NCBI GenBank assembly: GCA_963723785.1
Contig: CAVRSB010000004.1
Location: forward strand, 31,662 to 95,661
Direction: 5' to 3'
Length of the DNA: 64,000 nt
Source of the DNA: an uncultured Actinomycetes bacterium
Lineage (GTDB): Bacteria > Actinomycetota > Thermoleophilia > Gaiellales > JAICJC01
Shown piece after piece: positions 29,347-40,459 of this stretch. Position numbers and translations under genes: made by a program. Each line of letters opens with the position of its first letter. Position 1 is the first letter of the stretch. The notes beneath the pieces were generated by a model. The model ran no database searches, had not been told where the DNA came from, and saw only the letters and a program-made list of their open reading frames with translations.

Positions 29347-29355
29347 ATTCTATCA
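29347..29355 (-). promoter_or_regulatory. extended -10 element (TGATAGAAT) upstream of carD
   Basis: Reverse complement of ATTCTATCA, about 80 nt upstream of the proposed carD start, in a locally AT-richer stretch. No clear -35. Confidence 0.3.
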
Positions 29356-29467
29356 GAGAGCGGCTCCCGCGAGGATGAAAGAATCGACCTCATTTGCAAC
29401 ACTTCCAGGATGATTCTTGCCGTTCGTGCCAACATTGCAAAGAATCGGTCAACCTGTGCTGCGAGAG

Positions 29468-30564
29468 TTACAGGTTCAGGTACCGGTCGACCAAATTCTG
29501 TTCCTGCAGCCGCCGCAGGCCCTCCCGAATCTCGCGGGCGCGCACGGTACCCACGCCCTCGACCTCCTCGAGCTCGGACTGGCGAGGCGCGCATGAACGA
29601 CTCGAGGCCCGTCGAAGTGCTCCACCACGTGGCTGATGACCGTTTCGGGGAGCCGCGGGACGTTTGAGAGCACTCGATAGCCGCGCGGCGCCACCGAGTG
29701 GTCGAGCGGGTTGACCGTGCGCGGGTACCCGAGCACCTCGGCCACATCCTCGAGTTCCAGCAGGCGGCTGTCGGGGAGCGTTCGCAGGCCGCGCAGGGCC
29801 TGCTCATGGCCGCCGGTGACCTCGGGCACGTGGTAGTCGCGCACCATCGACTCCTCGTCGCCGGGCACCCACTCGCTGAGCTCGTCCAGCTGGAGCTTGA
29901 TCAGCCGGCCCTCCACCCCCAGCTCGACCACGTTTCGCTCGATCTCACGTCTGATCCGGGTGGTCATCTCGGCTCGCTGAAGCGCCACCAGCACGTCGTC
30001 GAGCATCACCGCCCCCTGGAACTCCAGCGCGGTCAGCCGGGTCGACACCTGCTCCAGACGGGTGCGGTAGGTCTCGAGCGTGGTGACGGCCTGGTTGGTC
30101 TTTGCCAGCACGTCTGAGATCTCCTCCAGCTGGTAGCGCACGTCCCCGATGTAGATCGTGACCACGTCGCGCTGCTGGGAGATCGAGATCACCAGCGCCC
30201 CGGTCTGCTTGGCGACCCGCTCGGCGGTGCGATGGCGCGTGCCGGTCTCCGACGACGGAATGGTCGGGTCGGGCATCAGCTGCACGTTGGCGTACACGAT
30301 CCGGCTGGCATTGGCGCTGAGAATGATCGCGCCGTCCATTTTCGCCAGCTCGTACAGGAGATAGGGCGAGAAGGCTTGATCCAGCCGGATGCCGCCGGAG
30401 AACAGAAACGACAGCTCGGCCGGCTCGCCGATCACGATCAATGCCCCCAGATCGGCGCGCAGAATGTCGTTCAGCCCCTGGCGCATCATCGTGCCGGGCG
30501 CGATCCGGCGAAGAGCGTCCATGAGCACGGGATCCGACCGCACATCCGGAGCAAGTTCTGCCAT
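29468..30564 (-). pseudogene. disA: DNA integrity scanning protein DisA (diadenylate cyclase), frame interrupted twice near the 3' end
   Basis: ORF 29476..30564. DAC domain (GALIVIG, DGAIILS, TGTRHRTAERV). The C-terminal HhH region is restored (LESFMRASPVELEEVEGVGTVRAREIREGLRRLQEQNLVDRYLNL, stop TAA 29468-29470) by removing one base near 29609 and one near 29575. Confidence 0.9.
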
Positions 30565-30589
30565 GCCGAGAGCTTACCGGCTAGGGCTC

Positions 30590-31272
30590 TCAGGCTGCGC
30601 GTAGAGCGGTACGCAGCGTCTCGGTGATCCATTCGGCCGCGCGGCACCTCGCGGGCGCTCACGGCGGCAATGGTGACGTCCACCGCGATACTCGGTACGC
30701 CGCAGCCCCACCACGCCGTCTTCGACCATCGCCCAGGCGGCCCGGCGATCGCCGTCGAACGGCAGTCCCACCGATCCTGGGTTGACCAGTTCGATGCCGC
30801 CCACCGACCGCCGGTACTGGATGTGGATATGGCCGTACAGCACCGTGTGCTGGGCGACGCCGGACAGTTCGGCCTCCACCTCCTGATCGGGCGTGTCGGG
30901 CGCGATGATGTCCTCATCCGACCGCGGAGTGGCGTGGACGGCGAGCAGGTCGTGCTGTTCCAGCGTAACCGTGGGCGGGAGCGAGCCCAGCCAGGCGCTG
31001 CGCTCCGTCCCCACAGCTGCCCGTGTCCACGCGGGCGAATCGTCGGGCTGGTCGGATGCCACCCAGCGGTCGGTATTGCCGCGGATCGCGATCAGGCGAT
31101 CGCCGTAGGAGCGAAGCAGGTCGATACAGGCCGCCGGTTCGGGCCCGAGCATGGCCATGTCGCCGCCGCACAGCAGCCGATCGAAACCCTCAGCCTCAGC
31201 CTCGCTCAACACTGCCTGGAGAGCGCTGAGGTTGCCGTGGATGTCGTACACGACCGCAACCCGCTCTGACAT
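30590..31272 (-). pseudogene. metallophosphoesterase family protein (YfcE-like), frame interrupted twice near the 3' end
   Basis: ORF 30574..31272. DIHGN, GGDM, GNTD, GHIH motifs. Corrected tail ...AEWITETLRTALRAA ends at TGA 30590-30592. Junctions near 30688 and 30632. Confidence 0.75.
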
Positions 31273-32600
31273 CAGAACGCTCCATCGATGGCGGCGCCGA
31301 CCGTGTCCGCGGTTACCAGCTTGAGCCGAGACGCCGCAGGTGTCTCGGTCGGCACGACCAGTTCGGTGACGCCAAACTTGCGCGCCTCCTGCAGGCGCGG
31401 CCCGACATGTCCGACCGCCCGCACTCGACCGGTGAGACCGAGCTCGCCGAACGCGGCCAGCCGGGGACGCAGCGCACGCCCGCGCAGGGCTGACACGATC
31501 GCCAGCGCGACCGCCAGGTCGGCTGCGGGCTCGTCGATGCGAACGCCGCCGGCCACGTTCACAAAGATGTCGCTCGACCCCAGGGGCACTCCGGCGTGGC
31601 GTCCGAGCACCGCCACGATCATGGACAGTCGGTTGCGGTCAAACCCGGTGGCCGCCCGCCGCGGCATCGCCAGGTCGGAGTCGGCCACCAGCGCCTGCAC
31701 CTCCAGCAGGATCGGGCGGGTGCCCTCGATCGCAGGCAGCAGTACCGAGCCGGGCGCTGGCTCGCCGTCGCCGGCGAACGCCGACGAGGGGTCGTCCACC
31801 GGCTCCAAGCCCAGGCCGGTCATCTCGAAGATGCCGATCTCGTTGGTCGATCCAAACCGGTTCTTGACGGCCCGCAGCACTCGCAGGAAGCGGTAGCGAT
31901 CACCCTCGAACTGCAGCACCGCGTCCACCAGATGCTCGAGCACGCGCGGCCCGGCGACGTTGCCGTCCTTGGTCACGTGCCCGACCAGGATGATGGTGAC
32001 CCCATGGCTCTTGGCCACTCGGGCAAGCCGGTCGGCGGCCTCCCGCACCTGGCCGACACTGCCGGGCGAGGAGCTCAGATCTGCGGAGTGCATCGTCTGC
32101 ACCGAGTCAACCACGCACACCTGGGGCGCGGTGGCCACGATCGCCTCACATACCGACTCGAGCTCTGTCTCGGCCAGGATCGAGATCCCGTCGATCGCTC
32201 CCAGCCGCTCGGCCCGCAGCCGCACCTGGGCGGGCGACTCTTCACCGGCCACCAGCAGCACAGGCCTGCCCGCGGCCGCGATCCGCCCGAGCGACTGCAG
32301 GAGCAGCGAACTCTTGCCCACGCCGGGCTCACCCCCGATCAGCACCAGCGACCCCGGCACCAGACCGCCGCCCAGCACCCGATCGAACTCCTCCAGGCCG
32401 GTCGAGATGCGGTCGGAATCGGTCAGCGCGACATCAGACAGGGCCCTGACCGGCCGCCCCACCGGTGCCCGCCGAGACGTGGAGCGCTCGCGCACCTCCT
32501 CGACCAGCGTGTTCCATTCGCCGCAGCCGGAGCATTGGCCCAGCCACTTGGGCGACTCGTGGCCACACTGGCTGCAGGTGAATATGGTGAGCGTCTTGGG
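31272..32600 (-). CDS. radA: DNA repair protein RadA
   Basis: ORF 31272..32648, likely GTG start at 32600. Zinc ribbon CSQCG...CSGCGEW, Walker A GEPGVGKSSL, KNRFG, Lon-like C-domain. Confidence 0.9.
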   Translation of the reverse strand, partial: PKTLTIFTCSQCGHESPKWLGQCSGCGEWNTLVEEVRERSTSRRAPVGRPVRALSDVALTDSDRISTGLEEFDRVLGGGLVPGSLVLIGGEPGVGKSSLLLQSLGRIAAAGRPVLLVAGEESPAQVRLRAERLGAIDGISILAETELESVCEAIVATAPQVCVVDSVQTMHSADLSSSPGSVGQVREAADRLARVAKSHGVTIILVGHVTKDGNVAGPRVLEHLVDAVLQFEGDRYRFLRVLRAVKNRFGSTNEIGIFEMTGLGLEPVDDPSSAFAGDGEPAPGSVLLPAIEGTRPILLEVQALVADSDLAMPRRAATGFDRNRLSMIVAVLGRHAGVPLGSSDIFVNVAGGVRIDEPAADLAVALAIVSALRGRALRPRLAAFGELGLTGRVRAVGHVGPRLQEARKFGVTELVVPTETPAASRLKLVTADTVGAAIDGAF

Positions 32601-32646
32601 CACGGCCCCCCATTGTGACACCCGCCCCGGTCGTACCCAGCCCAGC

Positions 32647-32679
32647 ATGAATAATTGGTGCCTGGCACCAATTCTTCAC
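32647..32679. repeat. palindromic repeat copy B (33-bp type 1, 2 mismatches)
   Basis: ATGAATAATTGGTGCC-T-GGCACCAATTCTTCAC. Confidence 0.9.
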
Positions 32680-32692
32680 TCCGGCCGCCCCG

Positions 32693-32723
32693 GTGAATAC
32701 CGGTGCCTGGCACCGTTATTCAC
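32693..32723. repeat. palindromic repeat copy C (31-bp type 2, 1 mismatch)
   Basis: GTGAATACCGGTGCC-T-GGCACCGTTATTCAC, 13 nt downstream of copy B. Confidence 0.9.
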
Positions 32724-33565
32724 TAGTACGTGCCGAACTGTTTCCAGAGTTGTTCGGCGGTATCCATGCGCCGATTGCGGGCGCCGCCCTTGCGCAAGGC
32801 GACACCTGCGGCCAGTGCCTCCAGCACCACCATGGCCGTGGCCGCGCTGGCGAAGCCGTCGCGCTTTCCCTGGCAGACCAGCACGTGATTTGCCTGACCC
32901 GCGGCCGGCGCCAGCAGGTCATCGGTGATCAGCACCACCGGCGCCCCGGCCGCGCGGAACAGCCGCACCACGTCGGCGGTCACCTTCGCGTAGCGCTGGA
33001 ACGTGAAGGCAATCAGGCGGTCGCGCGGCTCGAGGTCGATCAACTGGTCGGCGATCGTCGGCTCGCCGGCAGCGATCGGCCACACGTTCGAGAGCAGCGG
33101 GTTGAGCAGGTAGTAGGCGTACTCGGCCAGCGCCGCCGACTTGCGGTGTCCGAAGATCCCGATCTTGCCGTGTCCACGAACCAGCATCTCCACGGCGGCG
33201 TCGAACTGGCGGCGATCAACGCCCGCAGCCAGCGCCTCCAGATCACCGGCTGCCTGAAAGGCGATCTGCTCGATCGGGTGGGCCGAGGGGACGGTGCCGC
33301 GCACAGCGGGCTGCAGACGGGTGATCGCCTCGGATGCCAGCGCGTCGTGCAGCTCTGCGAACCCGGCGAACCCCACCCTGGTCGAGAACCGCACCACGGC
33401 CGCCTTGCTGACCCCGGTCTTGGCGGCCAGCGACTCGGCTGTCTCGAACGGCGCTTCCGCCGGGTGCTCGAGCACATAGGTCGCAATGCGACGGTCGTTC
33501 GGCGACAGCCGATCGAGATGGGAGCGGATCAACGCTGATACCGCCCCGTCGCCGAGGTCGATCAT
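32723..33565 (-). CDS. MurR/RpiR family transcriptional regulator (HTH_6 + SIS)
   Basis: ORF 32723..33565. N-terminal HTH (IATYVLEHPAEAPFETAESLAAKTGVSKAAVVRF) plus a SIS-like domain. The stop TAG overlaps the last base of palindrome copy C. Confidence 0.8.
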   Translation of the reverse strand: MIDLGDGAVSALIRSHLDRLSPNDRRIATYVLEHPAEAPFETAESLAAKTGVSKAAVVRFSTRVGFAGFAELHDALASEAITRLQPAVRGTVPSAHPIEQIAFQAAGDLEALAAGVDRRQFDAAVEMLVRGHGKIGIFGHRKSAALAEYAYYLLNPLLSNVWPIAAGEPTIADQLIDLEPRDRLIAFTFQRYAKVTADVVRLFRAAGAPVVLITDDLLAPAAGQANHVLVCQGKRDGFASAATAMVVLEALAAGVALRKGGARNRRMDTAEQLWKQFGTY

Positions 33566-33577
33566 GTGGCAATCATC

Positions 33578-33603
33578 GCACCCCGGCGCGAACGCCGGGG
33601 TGC
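33578..33603 (-). terminator. GC-rich hairpin downstream of clpC
   Basis: GCACCCCGGCG-CGAA-CGCCGGGGTGC: perfect 11-bp stem with a 4-nt loop, 10 nt after the clpC stop. Only a weak U-rich tail. Confidence 0.45.
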
Positions 33604-33613
33604 GAATGCCAAA

Positions 33614-36166
33614 TCAGTCCTCAGACGATGCCTCGTCGCCGTTCTCAGACGTCGGCTCGTCGTCGGCGGGACCCTCTGCGGGCACGAGATCGGCAGGCAG
33701 TGAATCGGGCACATCCACCGGCTCGATCAGCTGCAACGTCATCTCCTCGTCGCCCTCGTGATGATCGACCAGCACGGTCGATCCGGGCTGAAGCGCGCGG
33801 CCCAGAACGAAGTCGGCCAGCGGATCCTCGATGAAGCGCTGGATCGCCCGGCGCAGCGGTCGGGCACCCATGGTCGGGTCGTAGCCCTTGTCGACCATCA
33901 TGTCCTTGGCGGCATCGGTCAGCTCGATCGACACCTCGTGCACCTTCATCTGCTCGCGCAGACGCTTCATCAGCTGATCGACGATCAGCTTGATCTCGTC
34001 CTTGGTCAGCTTCTGGAACACGATGATCTCGTCGATGCGGTTGAGCAGCTCGGGCCGGAAGACCTTCTTCACGTCGCCCATGATGCGGCTCTTCATGTCC
34101 TCGTAGGACACTCCGGTCTCCGCCTCCTCGACCTGGAAGCCGAGCTGGCTGTTCTTGGCGATCGACGACGCTCCGATGTTGGAGGTCATGATCACGATCG
34201 TGTTCTTGAAGTCGACCTGACGGCCCTGAGCGTCGGTCAGCCGCCCCTCCTCCAGCATCTGCAGGAGGATGTTGAACACATCGGGGTGGGCCTTCTCGAT
34301 CTCGTCCAGCAGCACCACCGAGTACGGCTTGCGCCGCACGGCCTCGGTCAGCTGGCCGCCCTCGTCATATCCGACGTAGCCAGGAGGCGAGCCCACCAAC
34401 CTGGAGACCGCGTGCTTCTCCATGTACTCGGACATGTCGACCTGGATCATCGCGTCCTCGTCGCCGAACAGGAACTCGGCGAGCGTACGGGCCAGCTCGG
34501 TCTTGCCGACACCCGAGGGGCCGAGGAAGATGAACGAGCCGGTCGGCCGCTTGGGATCCTTGATCCCGGCGCGGGCGCGGCGGATGGCCTTGGACACGGC
34601 CTCGATCGCCACGTGCTGGCCGATCATCCGCTTGTGCAGCTCGTCCTCCATCCGGATCAGCTTCTGAGACTCAGCCTCGGTCAGCTTGAACACCGGGATG
34701 CCGGTCCACATGGACACGATGTCGGCGACCTCTTCCTCGCCGATCTGGGCATGGTCGGCCTCGCCGGAGGACTTCCAGTTCTCCTCGAGGTCGCGCTTCT
34801 TGAGGGTCAGCTTGCGCTCGGAGTCGCGCAGCGCCGCAGCCTTCTCGAACTCCTGCGACTCGATCGCCGACTCCTTCTCCTTGCGCACCGTCTCGATCTC
34901 GTCGTCGAGCTCCTTGTGCACCGGAGGTGCGGTCATCAGCTTGATGCGCATGCGCGACGCGGCCTCGTCGATCAGGTCGATGGCCTTGTCCGGAAGCTGG
35001 CGCTCCTGGATGTAGCGATCCGACAGCTCCGCAGCGGCCTGCAGCGCCTCGTCGGTGATGGCGACGCGATGGTGGGCCTCGTAGCGGTCGCGCAGCCCGC
35101 GCAAGATCTGCACGGTGTCCTCGATCGACGGCTCCTCCACCTTGATCTGCTGGAAGCGCCGCTCCAGCGCTGAGTCGCGCTCGAGGTACTTGCGGTACTC
35201 GTCCAGGGTGGTGGCACCGATCGTCTGCAGCTCGCCACGGGCCAGCGCCGGCTTCAGGATCGAGGCCGCGTCGATGGCGCCCTCGGCAGCACCCGCGCCG
35301 ACCAGGTTGTGCAGCTCGTCGATGAACAGCACGATGTCGCCGCGCTGGCCGATCTCCTTCATCACCTTCTTGAGCCGCTCCTCGAACTCACCGCGGTACT
35401 TGGAGCCGGCCACCAGAGCGGCCAGGTCAAGCGTGTAGATCTGCTTGCCCTTGAGCAGCTCGGGCACCTGGTTGGACGAGATCCGCTGGGCCAGTCCCTC
35501 GACCACCGCGGTCTTGCCGACACCGGGCTCACCGATCAGCACCGGATTGTTCTTGGTGCGGCGCGACAGGATCTGCATCACGCGCTCGATCTCGTTCTGA
35601 CGGCCGACGACCGGATCCAGCTTGCCCTCGGTCGCGAGCTTGGTCAGGTTGCGCCCGAACTGGTCGAGCAGCTTGGAGCTCTTGCCGCCCTTCTCGCCGG
35701 TCGCGCCGGTGCCCGCGCCCTGACGGCGGCCGGGGCCGGACAGCATCCGGATGATCTCGTTGCGAATCTTCTCTGCGTCGGCGTCGAAGTCGAGCAGGAT
35801 GCGGGCGGCCACGCCTTCGTTCTCGCGCACCAGCCCCAGCAGGATGTGCTCGGTGCCGATGTAGTTGTGACCCAGCGACAGCGCCTCGCGCAGCGCCAGC
35901 TCCAGCACCTTCTTGGCGCGCGGCGTGAACGGGATCTGGCCGGTGGTCACCTCGTCACCCTGGCCGACGATGCGGGCGACCTGCGCGCGCACCTCTTCCA
36001 CGGTGATATCGAGCGAGTCGAGGACACGGGCAGCGAGCCCTTCCTCCTCGCGCAGGAGACCCAGGAGGATGTGCTCAGTGCCGATGTAGTTGTGCTTGAG
36101 CGTGCGGGCCTCGTCCTGTGCAAGCACGACGACCTGGCGGGCACGCTCGGTGAAGCGTTCAAACAT
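33614..36166 (-). CDS. clpC: ATP-dependent Clp protease ATP-binding subunit ClpC
   Basis: ORF 33614..36166, 850 aa, uninterrupted. Two Clp_N repeats and two AAA+ modules ([16 protein letters not shown]). Confidence 0.95.
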   Translation of the reverse strand: MFERFTERARQVVVLAQDEARTLKHNYIGTEHILLGLLREEEGLAARVLDSLDITVEEVRAQVARIVGQGDEVTTGQIPFTPRAKKVLELALREALSLGHNYIGTEHILLGLVRENEGVAARILLDFDADAEKIRNEIIRMLSGPGRRQGAGTGATGEKGGKSSKLLDQFGRNLTKLATEGKLDPVVGRQNEIERVMQILSRRTKNNPVLIGEPGVGKTAVVEGLAQRISSNQVPELLKGKQIYTLDLAALVAGSKYRGEFEERLKKVMKEIGQRGDIVLFIDELHNLVGAGAAEGAIDAASILKPALARGELQTIGATTLDEYRKYLERDSALERRFQQIKVEEPSIEDTVQILRGLRDRYEAHHRVAITDEALQAAAELSDRYIQERQLPDKAIDLIDEAASRMRIKLMTAPPVHKELDDEIETVRKEKESAIESQEFEKAAALRDSERKLTLKKRDLEENWKSSGEADHAQIGEEEVADIVSMWTGIPVFKLTEAESQKLIRMEDELHKRMIGQHVAIEAVSKAIRRARAGIKDPKRPTGSFIFLGPSGVGKTELARTLAEFLFGDEDAMIQVDMSEYMEKHAVSRLVGSPPGYVGYDEGGQLTEAVRRKPYSVVLLDEIEKAHPDVFNILLQMLEEGRLTDAQGRQVDFKNTIVIMTSNIGASSIAKNSQLGFQVEEAETGVSYEDMKSRIMGDVKKVFRPELLNRIDEIIVFQKLTKDEIKLIVDQLMKRLREQMKVHEVSIELTDAAKDMMVDKGYDPTMGARPLRRAIQRFIEDPLADFVLGRALQPGSTVLVDHHEGDEEMTLQLIEPVDVPDSLPADLVPAEGPADDEPTSENGDEASSED

Positions 36167-36417
36167 GTTCGTGCCCCTTGTCGCTGATCTGGAAAAAGTT
36201 GGATGTCATGAAATGCTGAAGGCCGGCCTGCCAAACCGGCCGCGGATGGCTCGGTGGCATTCCGGTATCGAGGGAACGGATCGCACTATAGCACCCACCT
36301 TAACGGGCTCCCGGTGTGGTTTATTGCACGTTCGTTGGCCCCCTAATCGACCTTCTGTGACGGGCGCTTGAGGGGTTTTTCGCACCGCTGGGGAATCTGC
36401 CTGCAAATGGGCGTAAG

Positions 36418-36666
36418 ATGGACGTCGTGAATTTCGCGGTCGAACACTTCCGCGCGATCGACGCGCCGGAGTCGCCGCTCGGTATCGAGTACGTCTCGAC
36501 CGGCCAGATCGACCGGGTCGAGGCCCACGACGAGCCGGCCGCGGCAGCCATCGCGTTGTCGGCCCGCGACGACTTGCAGGAGCTCGACGTGGTGTCGTAC
36601 AACCCCGGCAAGGATCTGTACGGCGTTCTGGGCGAGGACGAGGCCGTGACGGGTGCGCCCGCCTAG
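36418..36666 (+). CDS. hypothetical small acidic protein (82 aa)
   Basis: ORF 36418..36666. Very high third-position GC, unlike the Arg/Pro-rich opposite-strand reading. No family recognised. Confidence 0.55.
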   Translation: MDVVNFAVEHFRAIDAPESPLGIEYVSTGQIDRVEAHDEPAAAAIALSARDDLQELDVVSYNPGKDLYGVLGEDEAVTGAPA

Positions 36667-37265
36667 CGCACGGGTCACCCAGCAGTTCTGCGTCGACCGC
36701 CGCGAGCCCGTCGAGGCTGGAGGTGTTCTTCTCGAGCATGTAGTCGATCAACGCCCGGTCGCCGCCCTTGCGCAGCTTGGTCTCGACCCATGCCGCCGCC
36801 TGCGGGCGCTCTCCCACCTGCTCCATCAGCGGCACGCCGAAGCCGCACGAGTCGGCGATCCGGTGCACGTCGACCACCACCACCGCCCGGCGATCAGCCC
36901 CGCCGGCGGGGGAATCGGGGTGATCGAAGCTTGCGGCCAGCTGCTCGAAGCCCTCGTCTCCGCGCTGCACGATCGTGCCGCGTGCCGTGCAGTCGCAGGA
37001 TCAGCGGCGGCCCGCTGAAGGCGCAGAACATGATCACGATGCGGCCGTTCTGGCGCACATGCGCGATCGTCTCGGCGCCGCTTCCCACCACGTCCAGGTA
37101 CGCGACCGTATGGCCGTCCAGCACCCGGAAGGTGCCGATCGGGCCCTTGGGCGACAGGTTGATGTGCCCGCCGTCGCCGGAGGGCGCCGAGCCGACGAAG
37201 AACATCGGCTGGTGCATGATCCACTCCGACAGCCGTTGATCGATGTGCTCGTGCACCTTGCCCAC
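36663..37265 (-). pseudogene. pyridoxamine 5'-phosphate oxidase family protein, frame interrupted; 3' end uncertain
   Basis: ORF 36894..37265 (N-terminus), then the frame of ORF 36206..36970 (VQRGDEGFEQL...VVVVDVHRIADSCGFGVPLMEQ...). Junction near 36975. Downstream of about 36690 the open frame is an antisense shadow of the 36418 gene. Confidence 0.6.
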
Positions 37266-37268
37266 TGG

Positions 37269-38724
37269 TCAACTCCCCTCGCGGCTGGGAGGGAAGAGGA
37301 TCACCTCGCGGATCGAGCGGATCCCGGTCAGCAGCATCATCAGACGGTCGATGCCGATGCCCACCCCGCCGGTGGGAGGCATGCCGTACTCGAGTGCCAG
37401 CAGGAAGTCCTCGTCCATCGGCGCCGCCTCGTCATCGCCGGCGGCGGCGGCCACGCGCGCCTCCTCGAACCGCGCCCGCTGCTCGGCCGGGTCGTTCAGC
37501 TCGGTGAACCCGTTCCCGATCTCCATGCCGTTGCAGAATGCCTCGAACCGCTCGGTCAGCCCGGGTTTGTCCGGCGCACGCTTGGCAAACGGCGACAGCT
37601 CGACCGGATACTCGGTGAGGAACACCGGGGCGGTGATCTTCGGCTCCACGTAGTGCGACAGCAGGTGGTCGACGGCCTGCGCCCAGGTGTGGTCGGCGGA
37701 GGTGTCGATGTCGTCGGCGCGCATGTGTGCGATCAGCCGGTCGAGGTCACGGTCGGCCATCGGGTCGATCCCCGCGTCGGCGATGATCGCGTCGCGCAAC
37801 GGCAGCCGCGGCCACGGCGGAGTCAGGTCGATCTCACTGCCCACCGCCTCGCCGGCGGCGGCCACCAGCCGCTCGGTCATGTTCATGCCGCTCTGGTAGT
37901 CGCCGTAGGCCTCGTACCACTCCAGCATCGTGAACTCGGGGCTGCGCTTGAAGCTGACGCCCTCGTTGCGAAAGTCCTTGCCGATCTCGTACACCCGCTC
38001 GAGGCCGCCGACGATCAGCCGCTTGAGATAGAGCTCGGTCGCGATCCGCAGGTAGAAGTCGCGCTCGTACGCGTTGTAGTAGGTGGTGAACGGCCGGGCG
38101 GCGCCGCCGCCGTAGAGCGGCTGCAGCACGGGCGTCTCGACCTCCACGAAGCCGTCGGCGTCCAGCACCCGGCGAAGCGCCGCGATCGCCACCGGACGGG
38201 CCATCGCCAGCGTCCGCGACTCCTCGTTGACCGCCAGGTCGAGGTAGCGGCGGCGGTGGCGCGTATCGACGTCGGTGAGCCCGTGGAACTTCTCGGGCAG
38301 CGGCCGCAGGCACTTGGCCAGCAGCGTCCACTCGGCCACCCGCAGGGACAGCTCACCGCGGCGGGAGACGAACACCTCTCCCTCGGCGGTGATCACGTCG
38401 CCCAGGTCGGAGTCCGACAGCGCGTCGTACCGATCCTCTCCGAGCCCGTCCAGGGTGGCGTGCAGCTGCAGCTGCCCGCTGCGGTCGGTGAGATCCAGGA
38501 ACATGGCCTTGCCGTGGCCGCGCCGAGCGGTGATGCGGCCGGCCAGCCGGGCTCGTTCACCGGTCTCGGCGCCCGGCTTCCAGCTCGGAGTAGCGGGCCC
38601 GCACGTCCTGCACCGGCTCCCGATCGACAGCTCGCGGCGGGTAGGGATCGACCCCCGACTCCCGCAGGACGTCGAGCTTGGCCAGGCGATCCGCCCGGAT
38701 CTGGGCTTCGGCGTCTGTGCTCAC
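37269..38724 (-). pseudogene. lysS: lysine--tRNA ligase (class II), frame interrupted once
   Basis: ORF 37269..38504 plus an N-terminal anticodon-binding part reached from GTG 38724. Junction near 38573 (GGG run). Class II motifs FRNEG and GGVGIGIDRL. Confidence 0.9.
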
Positions 38725-38736
38725 GAGAGGCGCCGC

Positions 38737-39213
38737 CTAGGCGGCTTTGATGTCCATGATCTTGAGCCGGATCGCGCCGGCCGGCGCCGCCACTTCGACG
38801 GTCTCGCCCTTCTTGTGGCCGATCAGGGCACGGCCGACAGGGGACTCGTTGGAGAGCCGCCCTGCTCCCGGGTCGGCTTCGGCCGATCCGACGATCTCGT
38901 AGGTGTCGGTGTCGCCGTGGTCGACGTCCTTGACGCGCACCTTCGACCCGACCGACACGACGTCGGTGGGCACGTCCTTGGCGTCGATCACCCGGGCCGA
39001 CCGCAGCTGTTCCTTCAGGCGCGCGATCCGATGCTCCAGCAGCGCCTGCTCGTTCTTGGCGTCGTCGTACTCGGAGTTCTCGGAGATGTCTCCGAACTCG
39101 CGCGCCTCCCGGATCCGATCAGCAACCTCGCGACGCCTGGTTGTTTCGAGTTCTTCGATCTGCGCCTTGAGCCGCTCGTAGCCTTCTGGGGTGAGGATTA
39201 CGTCCTTTTCCAC
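38737..39213 (-). CDS. greA: transcription elongation factor GreA
   Basis: ORF 38737..39294 trimmed to GTG 39213 behind AAGGA. ILTPEGYERLKAQIEEL coiled coil, SENSEYDDAK, C-terminal FKBP-like domain. Confidence 0.9.
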   Translation of the reverse strand: MEKDVILTPEGYERLKAQIEELETTRRREVADRIREAREFGDISENSEYDDAKNEQALLEHRIARLKEQLRSARVIDAKDVPTDVVSVGSKVRVKDVDHGDTDTYEIVGSAEADPGAGRLSNESPVGRALIGHKKGETVEVAAPAGAIRLKIMDIKAA

Positions 39214-39389
39214 GCTGACGTCCTTAGTTGGGGCCCATCCGGGCTCGCTCGCAAACACGAACGGTGTCGCCCCAGAGTGTGCGATTTGCAGCACTTTTCC
39301 TCTGGGCTGACACCGAGGAACGCCGGATTATACCCGTTTCCATGTGCACCGCAAACGTCGCATTCGAGCACGCTGGCTAGGATCCTGCC

Positions 39390-40459
39390 ATGAACCCGCT
39401 GACCGAGAACTGGTACATCAGGGATGTCGAGATTCCGTCCCGGATCGTGCTGGCGCCGATGGCGGGTGTCTCGGTGCAGGCGTTCCGCCGCCAGGGGCGT
39501 CGATTCGGGGCCGGGCTGGTGTGCTCGGAGATGGTTTCGTCGTGCGGGCTGTCCTACGGCAACGAGCGCACTCTGGGGTACCTGCGGATCGCCCGGGACG
39601 AGCATCCGCTGGCCGTCCAGATCTTTGGCTCCGAGCCCGAGCGGATGGCCGAGGCGGCCGAGATGGTGGTCGCGGCGGGCGCCGACATCGTCGACATCAA
39701 CTTCGGCTGCCCGGTTCGCAAGGTGACCAAGACCGGGGCCGGCGCCAGCGCGCTCGAGCAGCACGACCTCGCCTGCTCGCTTGGCCCGGGCGGTGGTGGA
39801 CGCGGTCGACGTGCCGGTGACGGTGAAGATGCGCCGCGGACTCGAGAACGGCTCGCGCACGGCTCTCGACCTGGGGCCCAAGCTCGAGGCCGAGGGGGTC
39901 GCGGCGCTGACGCTGCACCCGCGCTCGGCCAAGCAGATGTACACCGGCACCGCCGACCACACGCTCACGGCCGAGCTGGTCGAGCGCGTGTCGATTCCCG
40001 TGATCGCCTCGGGCGACATCACCGACCGCGCCCGGGCGCAGGTGGTGCTGGAGTCGACCGGCGCCGACGCGGTCATGGTCGGCCGCGGCGCGCAGGGGCG
40101 GCCGTGGGCGCTGAGCGAGATGGCCGGCGGCGAGTCGGCCGAGCCCGATCGCGCCGAGCTCTACGCCGAGCTGGTGCGGTTCATGCGCGAGGTGGTGCGG
40201 GAGATGGGCGACGAGCGCTCGGTCGGATTCCTGCGCAAGTTTTACGGCTGGTACCTGCGCGGTACCGAGGGCGCCCGCGCGGTGCGCGGCGAGCTGATGC
40301 TGTGCCAGACGGTGGACGCCGCCGAGCAGGTGCTGCTGAATGCCTGCCCCGAGGCCCGTGAGCTGCTGATCGCCCACGCGGCCGAGATCGACCTGCTGCC
40401 CGACCTCCGAGTCCGATCGCCTGCTCGACCTGCCGATCTCGATCTACGGCGGCGGGTGA
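39390..40459 (+). pseudogene. dus: tRNA-dihydrouridine synthase, frame interrupted twice
   Basis: ORFs 39390..40361 and 39781..41019. LAPMAGVS, DINFGCP, HPRS motifs. Junctions near 39775 and 40408. The high-GC3 tail (SESDRLLDLPISIYGGG) ends at TGA 40457-40459 inside palindrome copy D. Confidence 0.85.

Noticed and set aside
33758-35173. Long antisense ORFs opposite real genes: 33758..35173 versus clpC, 388..1785 versus the ABC ATPases, 36975..38750 versus lysS, 47441..49144 versus ftsH, 58110..59915 versus the GGDEF genes, 23913..25019.
   Set aside because: These are typical high-GC shadow ORFs. They have Arg/Gly/Pro/His-rich composition, no recognisable motifs and the wrong codon-position GC pattern, while the opposite strand encodes clear conserved proteins.
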